Made by a program: the position numbers and the translations under genes. Below, piece after piece: positions 9,330 to 18,647 of a stretch of DNA of 64,000 nt (the first letter of the stretch is position 1; the number at the start of each line of letters is the position of its first letter). The notes under the pieces were generated by a model. The model had not been told where the DNA came from. It did no database searches and saw only the letters and a list, made by a program, of their open reading frames with translations. The stretch lies in assembly GCA_036004665.1 (NCBI GenBank), contig DASYRG010000008.1, positions 10,240 through 74,239 of the forward strand, given 5' to 3'. The stretch is from a bacterium. Lineage in GTDB: Bacteria; Sysuimicrobiota; Sysuimicrobiia; Sysuimicrobiales; Humicultoraceae.

Positions 9330-10406
9330 ATGAAGGTGCGGGTCGCCGTGGATGCCATGGGCGGGGACTACGCGCCCGACGAGGTGGTCGGCGGCGCCGC
9401 CGCCGCCGCCGCGGCCCTCGGCGTCGAGATTACGCTTGTCGGTCCGGCCGAGCGGATCCACCGGGCCCTCGGCGGACGAACCCGCGGCCTCTCCATCGAG
9501 GTCGTCGACGCCCCAGAGGTCATCGGCATGGACGAGGCCCCGGCAATGGCGGTGCGCCGAAAACGCCGCTCCTCGGTGGTTGTCGCGCTGCAGCAGGTAC
9601 GGGACGGTCGGGCCTCCGCCGTCGTGACCGCCGGCAACACCGGGGCGGCCATGGGCGCCGCGCTCCTCACGCTCGGCCGCATCCCCGCGGTGGACCGTCC
9701 GGCGATCGCCGCCATCCTGCCCACCCTCGGCAAGACTCCCGCCATTCTCCTCGACGTCGGGGCCAACGTGGACTGCAAACCCAAGCACCTCCTCCAGTTC
9801 GGGGTGATGGGGGCGGTCTACGCCCACCGCGTCCTCGGCATCGCCTCCCCGCGCGTCGGCATCCTCAGCAACGGGGAGGAGGCCAGCAAGGGCAATGACC
9901 TGACCATCCGCGCCGCGGATCTGCTGCGCGCCTCCGGGCTCAATTTCGTGGGCAACGTGGAGGGGCGGGACTTCTTCTCCGGGCAGACTGACGTGATCGT
10001 CTGCGACGGGTTCGTCGGCAACATCGTGCTCAAGTTCGGAGAGGGACTGGCGCTCTCGCTGCGCCAGATCCTCCGCGACGAGTTGCGCGGCACCCCCGGA
10101 GTCCTGCTCAAGTTGTATCTGGCGCCGCTGAAACGGCGGGGGCTTCGCATCTGGCGCCGGCTCGACTACCGCGAGTACGGCGGCGCCCCGCTGCTGGGGG
10201 TGAACGGCGTCTGTATCATCGCCCACGGGCGCAGCAACGCCTGGGCGATCCGCAACGCCATCCGCGTCGCCGCGGAAGCCGCGCAGCGGCAGATCGTCCA
10301 GCCCATCAGCGACGAGATGGCCGCCATCGAGTCACGCCTCTCCACCGCCGCCGTAGCCGGCGAGCCGCCGCTGGGTGGCCCCGGCGTCGTGGGAGCAGAG
10401 AGTTGA
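9330..10406 (+). CDS. plsX: phosphate acyltransferase PlsX
   Basis: MKVRVAVDAMGGDYAP...NTGA...GFVGNIVLK match the PlsX family. Confidence 0.9.
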   Translation: MKVRVAVDAMGGDYAPDEVVGGAAAAAAALGVEITLVGPAERIHRALGGRTRGLSIEVVDAPEVIGMDEAPAMAVRRKRRSSVVVALQQVRDGRASAVVTAGNTGAAMGAALLTLGRIPAVDRPAIAAILPTLGKTPAILLDVGANVDCKPKHLLQFGVMGAVYAHRVLGIASPRVGILSNGEEASKGNDLTIRAADLLRASGLNFVGNVEGRDFFSGQTDVIVCDGFVGNIVLKFGEGLALSLRQILRDELRGTPGVLLKLYLAPLKRRGLRIWRRLDYREYGGAPLLGVNGVCIIAHGRSNAWAIRNAIRVAAEAAQRQIVQPISDEMAAIESRLSTAAVAGEPPLGGPGVVGAES

Positions 10407-11416
10407 GCGGGCGCGGCTCCACGATCACGGGCCTGGGGCGGTCGATTCCCAGCCGCACCCTCACCAACGCCGACCTGGAGCGCCTGGTGGACACGACCGA
10501 TGAGTGGATCGTCACCCGCACGGGGATCCGGGAGCGCCGCATCGCTCCCGACGGGGTCGCGACCTCGGACCTGGCCTACGAGGCGGCCTGGGAAGCGCTG
10601 GCCGACGCCCGCGTGGAAGCCGAGCAGCTCGACCTGATCATCGTCGGGACGGCCACGCCGGACATGCCGTTTCCGGCGACCGCCTGTTTGCTCCAGGACC
10701 GCCTGGGTGCGAGGCGGGCTGGGGCGTTTGACGCCGCGGCCGCCTGCACCTCATGGATGTACGGCGTCGCCATGGCGCACGGCTACATCGCGGCCGGGCT
10801 GGCCGAGACGGTCTTGGTGGTCGGCGCCGAAACGCTGTCGCGGATCACCAACTTCAAGGACCGCGCGACCTGCGTCCTCTTCGGCGATTCGGCCGCCGCG
10901 GCCGTGCTCCAGCCCGCCCCGGAGGGCAGCGGTTTCCTCTCCTTCGTCCTCGGCTCCGACGGGTCGGGCGGTCCTCTGCTCAGCCTCCCCGGCGGCGGCT
11001 CGCGGGCGCCGGCGTCCTTCGAGACGGTGGAACGGGGACAGCACTTCATCCAGATGAACGGACGGGAGGTCTACAAGTTTGCGGTGCGGATGATCCCGCG
11101 GGCCATCCAGGAGGCGGCCGCCCGCGCCGGCATTCCGCTGGAAGCGGTGGACTTCTTCATCCCTCATCAGGCCAACATCAGGATCATCGACGCCGCGGCG
11201 CAGCGGCTGGGAGCCCCGCGGGAGAAGTTCTTCGTCAACGTGGAACGCTACGGCAACACCTCCTCCGCCTCGGTCCCGGTGGCGCTGTACGAGGCTTGGG
11301 CGGAAGGGCGCATCGCGCCCGGGGATCTGGGTGTGCTGGTCGCCTTCGGCGGGGGCCTGACCTGGGGAGCCTGCGCGCTGCGCTGGACGAAGGCGGCGCC
11401 GGAGGGGGCGGGATGA
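10403..11416 (+). CDS. fabH: 3-oxoacyl-ACP synthase III
   Basis: TGLGRSIPSRTLTNADLERLVDTTDEWIVTRTGIRER. Active-site Cys in AACTSWMYG. His/Asn are in the C-terminal half. TTG start overlaps the plsX stop. Confidence 0.9.
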   Translation: MSGRGSTITGLGRSIPSRTLTNADLERLVDTTDEWIVTRTGIRERRIAPDGVATSDLAYEAAWEALADARVEAEQLDLIIVGTATPDMPFPATACLLQDRLGARRAGAFDAAAACTSWMYGVAMAHGYIAAGLAETVLVVGAETLSRITNFKDRATCVLFGDSAAAAVLQPAPEGSGFLSFVLGSDGSGGPLLSLPGGGSRAPASFETVERGQHFIQMNGREVYKFAVRMIPRAIQEAAARAGIPLEAVDFFIPHQANIRIIDAAAQRLGAPREKFFVNVERYGNTSSASVPVALYEAWAEGRIAPGDLGVLVAFGGGLTWGACALRWTKAAPEGAG

Positions 11417-12351
11417 TCGCCTTCCTCTTTCCAGGCCAGGGGGCGCAGTACCCGGGGATGGGGGCCGGCATCGCGGCGCGGGAGCCCGCGGCCGCCCGGC
11501 TGTTCGCGCGCGCCAGCGCGGTCCTGGGGTTCGACCTGCTCGCCCTGTGCGTGGAAGGGAGCGAGGAGCAGTTGCGGGCGACCGAGAACACGCAGCCGGC
11601 GATTCTCGTCACCTCGCTGGCCTGCGCCGCGGCGCTGGAGGCGCGCGGCATCCGCCCCTCCGCCGCGGCGGGATTGAGTCTCGGCGAATACGCGGCGCTG
11701 GCCGCCGCGGGGTCGCTGGGCTTCGAGGACGCGGTCGCTCTCGTTCGGCGCCGCGGCCTCTTCATGCAGGACGCCACCGCCGGCCTGCAGACCGCGATGG
11801 CCGCGCTGATTGGGCTGGACGACGCCGCCGTCGAGCGCCTCTGCCGCGCCCATCGCCACCTCGGGGTTGTCGAGCCAGCCAACTTCAACGGCGCGGGGCA
11901 AGTCGTGATCGGCGGCGACGCGGCAGCGGTGAAGGCGACCGTCGCCGCCGCGAAACAGGCAGGCGCGCGGCGTGCCGTGCTCCTGTCTGTCTCCGCCCCG
12001 TTCCACACCAGCCTGATGGCGCCCGCGGCGGCCCGTCTGGCGCCGCTGCTGACCGGCGCGACCCTGCGCGACGCCGCCTTTCCGGTTGTCGCCAACGCCA
12101 GCGGAGAGCCCGTCCAGTCCGCCCCCGACATCCGGGATCTCCTCATCCGACAGGTCGCCTCCCCGGTGCAGTGGGAGCGCTCCCTGCGAGCGCTGACCCT
12201 CCTCGGCGCCGACACCTTTGTGGAAGTGGGCCCGGGCACCACGCTCTCCGGCCTGGTCCGCAAGAGCATCCCGGGGGTGGCGGTGCGGCATGTCGAAGAT
12301 GCGCGCACCCTCGACGATACGGTGGAGTCCCTCGGGGCCCGGGTGAGTTGA
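11413..12351 (+). CDS. fabD: malonyl-CoA:ACP transacylase
   Basis: MIAFLFPGQGAQYPGMG and GLSLGEYAALAAAG (GxSxG active site). ATG overlaps the fabH stop (ATGA). Confidence 0.9.
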   Translation: MIAFLFPGQGAQYPGMGAGIAAREPAAARLFARASAVLGFDLLALCVEGSEEQLRATENTQPAILVTSLACAAALEARGIRPSAAAGLSLGEYAALAAAGSLGFEDAVALVRRRGLFMQDATAGLQTAMAALIGLDDAAVERLCRAHRHLGVVEPANFNGAGQVVIGGDAAAVKATVAAAKQAGARRAVLLSVSAPFHTSLMAPAAARLAPLLTGATLRDAAFPVVANASGEPVQSAPDIRDLLIRQVASPVQWERSLRALTLLGADTFVEVGPGTTLSGLVRKSIPGVAVRHVEDARTLDDTVESLGARVS

Positions 12352-12353
12352 GG

Positions 12354-13103
12354 GTGGCCTCCCTGGATGGGAGGGTCGCGCTCGTCACAGGCGCCTCAGG
12401 AGGGTTGGGGCGAGCCATCGCCATGGCCCTAGCGGCGGAAGGGGCGTCGGTGGGCGTGCACTACTCCGTCAACAAGGCGCAGGCGGAGACGGTGGCCGGC
12501 GCGATCAGCGAAGCTGGTGGACGCGCCGCCCTCGTGGGGGGAGATCTCACCGATCCAGCGGCGCCGGGCCGCGTGCTCGACGAGACGGTGGAGGCCCTGG
12601 GCGGTCTGCACATCCTGGTGAATAACGCGGGCGTGGTGCGTGATTCCTTGATCCTGCGGATGAAGGATGCGGAGTGGGACGAGGTCCTCGCCACCAACCT
12701 CACCGCGGCCTTCCGCTGCACGCGCGCGGCGCTGCGCCCGATGATTCGTCAGCGCGCCGGCCGGATTATCAACGTGACCTCCGTGGCGGGGCAGATGGGC
12801 AACGCCGGCCAGGCCAACTACGCGGCGGCCAAGGCCGGGATGATCGGGCTGACCCGCGCCACCGCGCGGGAGGTGGCCTCGCGGGGGATCACCGTCAACG
12901 CCGTCGCGCCGGGGATGATCGAGGTGGGGATGACCGAGCGCCTCAGCCCCGATCAGGTGCAGCGGTTCGTCGAAGCGGTGCCGCTGGGGCGGTTGGGCAC
13001 CGCCGCGGAGGTGGCCGCGGCCGTCGTCTACCTGGCCTCCGACGGAGCGGGGTATGTGACGGGACAGGTGCTGAACGTGGACGGCGGGCTGGTGATGCGC
13101 TAG
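12354..13103 (+). CDS. fabG: 3-oxoacyl-ACP reductase
   Basis: [16 protein letters not shown] Rossmann motif and NNAG...YAAAKAG SDR catalytic motifs. GTG is 3 nt after the fabD stop. Confidence 0.9.
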   Translation: MASLDGRVALVTGASGGLGRAIAMALAAEGASVGVHYSVNKAQAETVAGAISEAGGRAALVGGDLTDPAAPGRVLDETVEALGGLHILVNNAGVVRDSLILRMKDAEWDEVLATNLTAAFRCTRAALRPMIRQRAGRIINVTSVAGQMGNAGQANYAAAKAGMIGLTRATAREVASRGITVNAVAPGMIEVGMTERLSPDQVQRFVEAVPLGRLGTAAEVAAAVVYLASDGAGYVTGQVLNVDGGLVMR

Positions 13104-13174
13104 TCTCGGCGGGTCACTCGCCGCGCGGGCCGCGGCGGCGTGACCGGCAGCCAGAGGGAAGGGAGGACGGCTGG

Positions 13175-13429
13175 ATGGCGACGGTGTTCGACCGGGTAAA
13201 AGGCATTGTCACCGAACAACTCGGCGTCGATGAAGCGGAAGTCACTCCCGAGGCCTCGTTCGTCGACGATCTCGGCGCCGACTCGTTGGACGTGGTGGAA
13301 CTGGTGATGGCGCTGGAGGAGGAGTTCGAGATCGAGATTCCCGACGAGGACGCTGAGAAGATCGTGAAGGTGGCGGAAGCGGTGAAGTACATCGAGCAGC
13401 ACATGCCCGAGGCCGCCCCGGGCGGTTAG
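13175..13429 (+). CDS. acpP: acyl carrier protein
   Basis: 84 aa. [20 protein letters not shown] contains the phosphopantetheine-attachment Ser. GGGAGG Shine-Dalgarno upstream. Confidence 0.9.
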   Translation: MATVFDRVKGIVTEQLGVDEAEVTPEASFVDDLGADSLDVVELVMALEEEFEIEIPDEDAEKIVKVAEAVKYIEQHMPEAAPGG

Positions 13430-13446
13430 GTGATCGGTCTCTGACC

Positions 13447-14700
13447 ATGGCCGAACGTCGGGAGAGGCGGCGGGTCGTCGTCACCGGGCTAGGGGTGGTA
13501 AGCCCTGTCGGCATCGGTGCGGACCGGTTCTGGAACAGCCTGATGGAAGGCCGTTCCGGGGTGCGCCGCATCAGCGCCTGGGATCCCTCGGCCCTGCCGA
13601 CCCAGATCGCCGCCGAGGTGCCGGACTTCGACCCCTCGAGATACATGGAGCGCAAAGAGGCGCGGCGGAACGACCGTTTCGTGCAATTTGCTTACGCCGC
13701 CTCCCGGATGGCTCTGGAGGACGCGGCTTTCTCCATCACCCGCGCCAACGCCGAGCGCGTCGGGGTCCTGATCGGCTCGGGCATCGGCGGCGCCATCACG
13801 TGGGAGGAGCAGCACCGCATCCTGGAAACCCGCGGCCCCGATCGGGTCAGCCCCTTCTTCATCCCGATGATCATCATGAACATGGCCTCGGGGGTCGTCA
13901 GCATCCTCACCGGCGCCCGGGGCCCCAACGAGTGCGTGGTCACCGCCTGCGCCACAGGCGGCAACGCCATCGGCGACGCGATGCGCATCATCCAGCGCGG
14001 CGACGCCGACGTCATGATCGCCGGGGGCACGGAGGCGGCGATCACCATCCTCAGCGTCGCCGGTTTCTGCGCGATGAAGGCGATGTCCACGCGCAACGAC
14101 GTCCCGGAGAAGGCGGTGCGGCCGTTCGACGCCGCAAGGGACGGCTTTGTCATGGGGGAGGGGGCCGGGGTGGTGATCCTGGAGGCCCTGGAAGGGGCCG
14201 AGCGGCGGGGCGCGCGCATCTACGCGGAACTCGTCGGCTACGGCATGTCCGCAGACGCCTACCACATCACCCAGCCCGATCCCGAAGCGGAGGGGGCGTC
14301 GCGCAGCATGCGCAACGCGCTGGACGACGCCGGCCTGGCGCCGGAGGCGATCGAGTACATCAATGCCCATGGCACCAGCACACCCTACAACGACCGCACC
14401 GAGACCCAGGCCATCAAGAAGGTCTTCGGCGCCCACGCTCGGCGCCTGGCGATCAGCTCGACGAAGTCGATGATGGGGCACCTGCTCGGGGCCGCGGGCG
14501 GAGTGGAGTTCATCGCCTGCGTCCAGGCGATCGAGCGCGGCGCCCTGCCGCCGACGATTAACTACGAGCATCCCGATCCCGCCTGCGACCTCGACTACGT
14601 CCCCAACGTCCCGCGCGAAGCGACGGTCACTACGGCGATGTCGAACGCCTTCGGCTTCGGTGGGCACAACGCGATCCTGATCGTGCAGCGGATGTCGTGA
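13447..14700 (+). CDS. fabF: 3-oxoacyl-ACP synthase II
   Basis: [15 protein letters not shown]...ACATG active Cys...HGTSTPYND...GHLLGAAG is the KAS II Cys-His-His triad context. Confidence 0.9.
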   Translation: MAERRERRRVVVTGLGVVSPVGIGADRFWNSLMEGRSGVRRISAWDPSALPTQIAAEVPDFDPSRYMERKEARRNDRFVQFAYAASRMALEDAAFSITRANAERVGVLIGSGIGGAITWEEQHRILETRGPDRVSPFFIPMIIMNMASGVVSILTGARGPNECVVTACATGGNAIGDAMRIIQRGDADVMIAGGTEAAITILSVAGFCAMKAMSTRNDVPEKAVRPFDAARDGFVMGEGAGVVILEALEGAERRGARIYAELVGYGMSADAYHITQPDPEAEGASRSMRNALDDAGLAPEAIEYINAHGTSTPYNDRTETQAIKKVFGAHARRLAISSTKSMMGHLLGAAGGVEFIACVQAIERGALPPTINYEHPDPACDLDYVPNVPREATVTTAMSNAFGFGGHNAILIVQRMS

Positions 14701-14701
14701 G

Positions 14702-15454
14702 GTGACGGCGCGAGGGCAGGGCGCCGACGGCGCCGCGACCCTGCCGGACCGCGTCGAGCAGCTGGCCGGCTTCGAAGGCGCGCTGGGGGTGCGCTTTCGC
14801 GACCGCAATCTGCTCGATCTCGCCCTGCGCCACGACTCCTTTGCCCACGAGCGCGGCGCGCGGGCCGAACATTACGAACGGCTGGAGTTCCTGGGCGACG
14901 CGGTCCTCAACCTGGTCGTCTCGGACTACCTCTTTCGCCAGTTTCCCGATCACTCCGAAGGCGAGCTGGCCAAGCAGCGCGCTCGACTGGTGAACGAGGG
15001 GGCCCTCGCCCACCTGGGGCGGACGTTGGGGCTAGGCCGCTTCCTGCTGCTCGGTCGGGGCGAGGAGAAAGGCGGGGGGCGTGACCGTCCGGGGCTGCTG
15101 GCCGACGCGGTCGAGGCCGTACTCGGGGCGGTGTACGTGGACGCCGGTTACGGGGTCGCCCACGCGGTGGCCACGCGCTGGCTGTATGCGCTGTTGGAGG
15201 CGCTCCCCGAGAGCGGCACCGACCACAAGAGCCTCCTGCAGGAACGCCTTCAGGAGTCCGGCCGCTTTCCCCGCTACCGCATCATTCAGACGGAAGGTCC
15301 CGACCACGCCCGGGCCTTTCGCGCCCGCGTGGAAGTGGAGGGGCAGGTGGCCGGCGAGGGGCGCGGACGCAGCAAGAAGGAGGCGGAACAGGCCGCGGCG
15401 GAAGAGGCGCTGCGCTGGCTCGACCGCCGCCGCGGCGCCCCCCGCGGGCGGTGA
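14702..15454 (+). CDS. rnc: ribonuclease III
   Basis: ERLEFLGDAVL RNase III signature plus a C-terminal dsRBD (GRSKKEAEQAAA). Confidence 0.9.
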   Translation: MTARGQGADGAATLPDRVEQLAGFEGALGVRFRDRNLLDLALRHDSFAHERGARAEHYERLEFLGDAVLNLVVSDYLFRQFPDHSEGELAKQRARLVNEGALAHLGRTLGLGRFLLLGRGEEKGGGRDRPGLLADAVEAVLGAVYVDAGYGVAHAVATRWLYALLEALPESGTDHKSLLQERLQESGRFPRYRIIQTEGPDHARAFRARVEVEGQVAGEGRGRSKKEAEQAAAEEALRWLDRRRGAPRGR

Positions 15455-15474
15455 ACATCCCTGGGGGGCCTCCG

Positions 15475-15975
15475 ATGCACATCCTGTGGGCCCCCTGGCG
15501 GATTGGGTACGTGACTGGTCCCAAGGACGACGGCTGTTTCCTCTGTGAGGCCCCCGCCGGAGACGACGATCGCACGCGCCTTCTCCTGCACCGCAGCCGC
15601 CGCGTCTACATCGTCCTCAACTCCTTCCCCTACAACACCGGCCACCTCATGGTCGCGCCCTTCCGGCACGTCGCCACCCTGGAAGATCTCGACGCCGAGG
15701 AGCGGCTCGATCTGATGGACACCGCCGCCCTTGCTGTCTCCGTCCTCCAATCCGCCCTCGCCCCCGACGGATTCAATCTTGGCGTCAACCTGGGACGGGC
15801 TGCGGGAGCGGGTCTGGAGGGACACCTGCACCTCCACGTGGTGCCGCGGTGGGTCGGCGACGTCAATTTCATGCCGGTTCTGGGAGATGCCAAGGTGATT
15901 CCCGAGCATCTCGGCGCCACCTATAACAAGCTGGCCACCGCGCTCGCCGCACTCGGGGCCGCCGCAGAATCCTAG
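15475..15975 (+). CDS. HIT family protein (CxxC-containing subgroup)
   Basis: GHLHLHVVPR histidine-triad motif with N-terminal CFLC. ATG 15475 has a G-rich stretch upstream. A GTG at 15451 overlapping the rnc stop is an alternative start. Confidence 0.7.
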   Translation: MHILWAPWRIGYVTGPKDDGCFLCEAPAGDDDRTRLLLHRSRRVYIVLNSFPYNTGHLMVAPFRHVATLEDLDAEERLDLMDTAALAVSVLQSALAPDGFNLGVNLGRAAGAGLEGHLHLHVVPRWVGDVNFMPVLGDAKVIPEHLGATYNKLATALAALGAAAES

Positions 15976-16108
15976 GGGTCGTTTTCCGCAGATCGAAAGA
16001 GCAAATTCCTCCTGATGACAGATGGTAGGTCCCGCGCAGTTCTCTATGATGGGAGGAAGGTTCGGTCCGGGGGGACGGAGTGCGGGAGTGAAGAGCGTTC
16101 GGGAGGTC

Positions 16109-17371
16109 ATGACCTCCGACGTGGTGACGTTGGGGCGGGAGAGCAGCGTCGCGGCGGCGATGCAGGCGATGCTGACTCACGGCATCACCGGCATTCCGGT
16201 GGTGGAGGAACGCCGTGTCGTCGGCATCGTCACCGCGCGTGACCTCCTGGGCCAGGCCCTCTACCGCCTAGTCGGGGACGTCATGACCGGCGAGGTTGCC
16301 ACCATCGCCCCAGAGGCCTCGATCACGGACGCGTATCATCTGATGGAGACCCGCGACGTGGCGCGGCTTCCCGTTGTCGAGGACGGGGAACTGGTGGGTC
16401 TGGTCAGCCGTCCCGACATCCTCCGCGAGCTGGGCAAACTCACCGATCCGCTGACCGGCCTCCCCTGGCCGGGCACGTTGCGGCACCACGCGGCCACCCT
16501 CCTCGCCGCGGGGAGGGAGATCACCGTGCTGTTCATCGATCTCGATCGCTTTCGACAGGTGAACAAACGGTTCGGGCACGTCGCGGGGGATCGCTTGATC
16601 ATCGACGCCGCGAGGGTGCTCAGTCGGCTGGTCGACCCCGCCAAGGACTTGCTCTGCCGGTACGGCGGGGACGAGTTCGCCATCGTCGCAACCCGCAGCC
16701 TCACCGAGGCGGAGGCGTTCGCGGAGACGATCCTCACAGGCCTCCAGGGGCTGCGCGTCCCTGAGCCGGATGGGTTCGTGCTGGGGGCGAGCATCGGGCT
16801 GGCCGGCGGGCGGCGTCTCGAGGAACGCGAGGCGCATCCCGAGGCCACCGTCGATGATCTGATCACCCTGGCCAGCCGCGCCTCCACCGCCGCCAAGACG
16901 CTGGAGCGGTCCATCCTGCAGGCGCATCAGATGGAGGCGATGGAGGCGCTCACTCAGGCCCTTCCCGAAGAGGAGATGCGCCTGCGGCTGGCCGGGGTGC
17001 GCCTTACGGTGGAGGGGGAGCGCTCGTCGGCCGCGGTGGAACTGGAGCACGAAGGCCGGCGTTACACAGGCACAGCGGAGGGGTCGTCGATCGGCCACAG
17101 CCCGGTCCGGGTGCTGGCGGAGGCGGCGGTCTCCGCCGTGGCCCAGTTGCTGCCGCCGGGATGGGGCGCCGAGGTCGAGGAAATCGCCTACACCTCCTTC
17201 CCGCTGGGTGACGCCGTGTCGGTGGCCCTAGCGCTGGCCACCCCGGCAGGGGAGGAATTGCTGATGGGAACAGTGCCCTACGCGCACACCGACGCCTCGG
17301 CCGTCGTCCGTGCGACCCTCAAGGCGGCGAATCGCCGGCTGGGTAGGCTGCTGGTCCTGACGCACGCGTGA
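16109..17371 (+). CDS. CBS-pair/GGDEF diguanylate cyclase with an uncharacterised ~150 aa C-terminal extension
   Basis: ATG 16109 has GGGAGG 3 nt upstream. Two CBS domains, then RYGGDEF (active-type GGDEF) with RxxD-like context. The C-terminus has no recognisable motif. Confidence 0.8.
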   Translation: MTSDVVTLGRESSVAAAMQAMLTHGITGIPVVEERRVVGIVTARDLLGQALYRLVGDVMTGEVATIAPEASITDAYHLMETRDVARLPVVEDGELVGLVSRPDILRELGKLTDPLTGLPWPGTLRHHAATLLAAGREITVLFIDLDRFRQVNKRFGHVAGDRLIIDAARVLSRLVDPAKDLLCRYGGDEFAIVATRSLTEAEAFAETILTGLQGLRVPEPDGFVLGASIGLAGGRRLEEREAHPEATVDDLITLASRASTAAKTLERSILQAHQMEAMEALTQALPEEEMRLRLAGVRLTVEGERSSAAVELEHEGRRYTGTAEGSSIGHSPVRVLAEAAVSAVAQLLPPGWGAEVEEIAYTSFPLGDAVSVALALATPAGEELLMGTVPYAHTDASAVVRATLKAANRRLGRLLVLTHA

Positions 17372-18627
17372 GCGTCTCCCGCCTCTCCCGATCCGGCGGC
17401 CTCGCCGCCGTGGTTCTCCTCATTGCCCTTGCCTTCGCCTCAGCGCCGCTGCGGGCGGCGCCGCCGGCCCTTCCCGCAGCCTCCTCGGACAATGCGCTCC
17501 GCTACGCCGCCGCCCTCAGCCGCCAGATCGGTCCACGTCCTGCGGGGCAACCGTCCTACCTTGCTGCGGTGGAGTACATGGAGGGGCAGCTCCGCGCCAT
17601 GGGCTATGAGGTCGAGCGCCAGCCCTTCACCGTTCTCTACTTCGAAGCGCGCGCTGCAAGGCTGCGGGTCGGCGGCCCGGAGGGGGGAGAATTGCGCCCC
17701 ACCATCCTCCAGTACTCGGCCGCCACCTCCGGCGCCGGCGTCGAAGGGACGCTGGCCCCGGCCGGCCTGGGACGGGCCGAGGAGGTGGCGCGGGCGAGCG
17801 TCGGCGGGAGGATCGCGCTGATCGAGCGAGGAGAACTGACCTTCCGCGAGAAAGTGGACGCCGCCGCGGCCGCCGGGGCGATCGCGGCGGTGATCTACAA
17901 CAATCGGCCCGGCGCCGCTCCCGCAGCGACGCTGGGAGCCCCGTCGCGCATCCCCGCCGTGCTGATCACGCAGGAAGCGGGCGAACGCTTCCTGGCGCAA
18001 CTGCGGCAGGGTCCGGTGCGGGTGCACCTGCGAGTGGAGACCCTGACCGAGCAGCGTCCCACTTGGAACGTGGTGGGCCGACGGGCGGGGCGGGAGGCGC
18101 GCACCATCGTCATCGGCGCCCATCTGGATTCGGTCGAGGTCAGCCCGGGGGCCAACGACAACGCCTCCGGTATCGCCGCCGCTCTCGAGGCAGCGCGTCT
18201 GCTCGCGGGGACGCCGCTGGCGCTCTCCGTCGAGATCGTCGGCTTCGGCGCGGAGGAACTGGGGTTGTACGGCTCTGCCCACTACGTGCGCGTGCGCGGC
18301 AGCCGCGTCGCGGGCATGGTGAACATGGACATGGTGGGACGGGGCGCGCTGGTCATTGGCAACTCGAGCAGCGATGGCCGGCTGGTCGAGGTGGGCGCAC
18401 GGGCCGCGGCGCGGTTGGGGTTGAGTGTCGGCCGCTTCCGCCTGGGGCAGTCGGACCACGTCTCTTTCGAACGCGCCGGCATTCCTACCCTCTTCATCCA
18501 CACGGGTGACGATCCCGCGATCCACACGCCCGGCGACACGTTGGACCGACTGGAGCCGCAGAAGATGGCCGACGCCGCCCGCCTCGCCGCCGCCGTCGCG
18601 CTCGAGGCTGGTGATGCCCTGCGCTAG
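17368..18627 (+). CDS. secreted M28 family aminopeptidase with PA domain
   Basis: Signal peptide LAAVVLLIALAFASAPLRAA. M28 zinc ligands in GAHLDS, GANDNASG, FGAEELGLYGS. GTG overlaps the upstream stop. Confidence 0.8.
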   Translation: MSVSRLSRSGGLAAVVLLIALAFASAPLRAAPPALPAASSDNALRYAAALSRQIGPRPAGQPSYLAAVEYMEGQLRAMGYEVERQPFTVLYFEARAARLRVGGPEGGELRPTILQYSAATSGAGVEGTLAPAGLGRAEEVARASVGGRIALIERGELTFREKVDAAAAAGAIAAVIYNNRPGAAPAATLGAPSRIPAVLITQEAGERFLAQLRQGPVRVHLRVETLTEQRPTWNVVGRRAGREARTIVIGAHLDSVEVSPGANDNASGIAAALEAARLLAGTPLALSVEIVGFGAEELGLYGSAHYVRVRGSRVAGMVNMDMVGRGALVIGNSSSDGRLVEVGARAAARLGLSVGRFRLGQSDHVSFERAGIPTLFIHTGDDPAIHTPGDTLDRLEPQKMADAARLAAAVALEAGDALR

Positions 18628-18628
18628 A

Positions 18629-18647
18629 AGCCTCAGCCTTTGAGGCT
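18629..18647. terminator. short hairpin between convergent genes (possible bidirectional terminator)
   Basis: AGCCTCA-gcctt-TGAGGCT: 7-bp stem with 5-nt loop in the 18-nt gap between the M28 peptidase and the convergent CNNM gene. No U tract follows. Confidence 0.25.

Noticed and set aside
11235-14808. Several 350-440-aa minus-strand ORFs over fabD, fabG and fabF (11235..12308, 11248..12291, 13489..14808)
   Set aside because: Antisense artefacts opposite highly conserved fab genes.
16553-16570. Second LexA-like motif GAACAAACGGTTC
   Set aside because: 5-nt spacing instead of 4, and it lies inside the GGDEF coding region with no promoter context.
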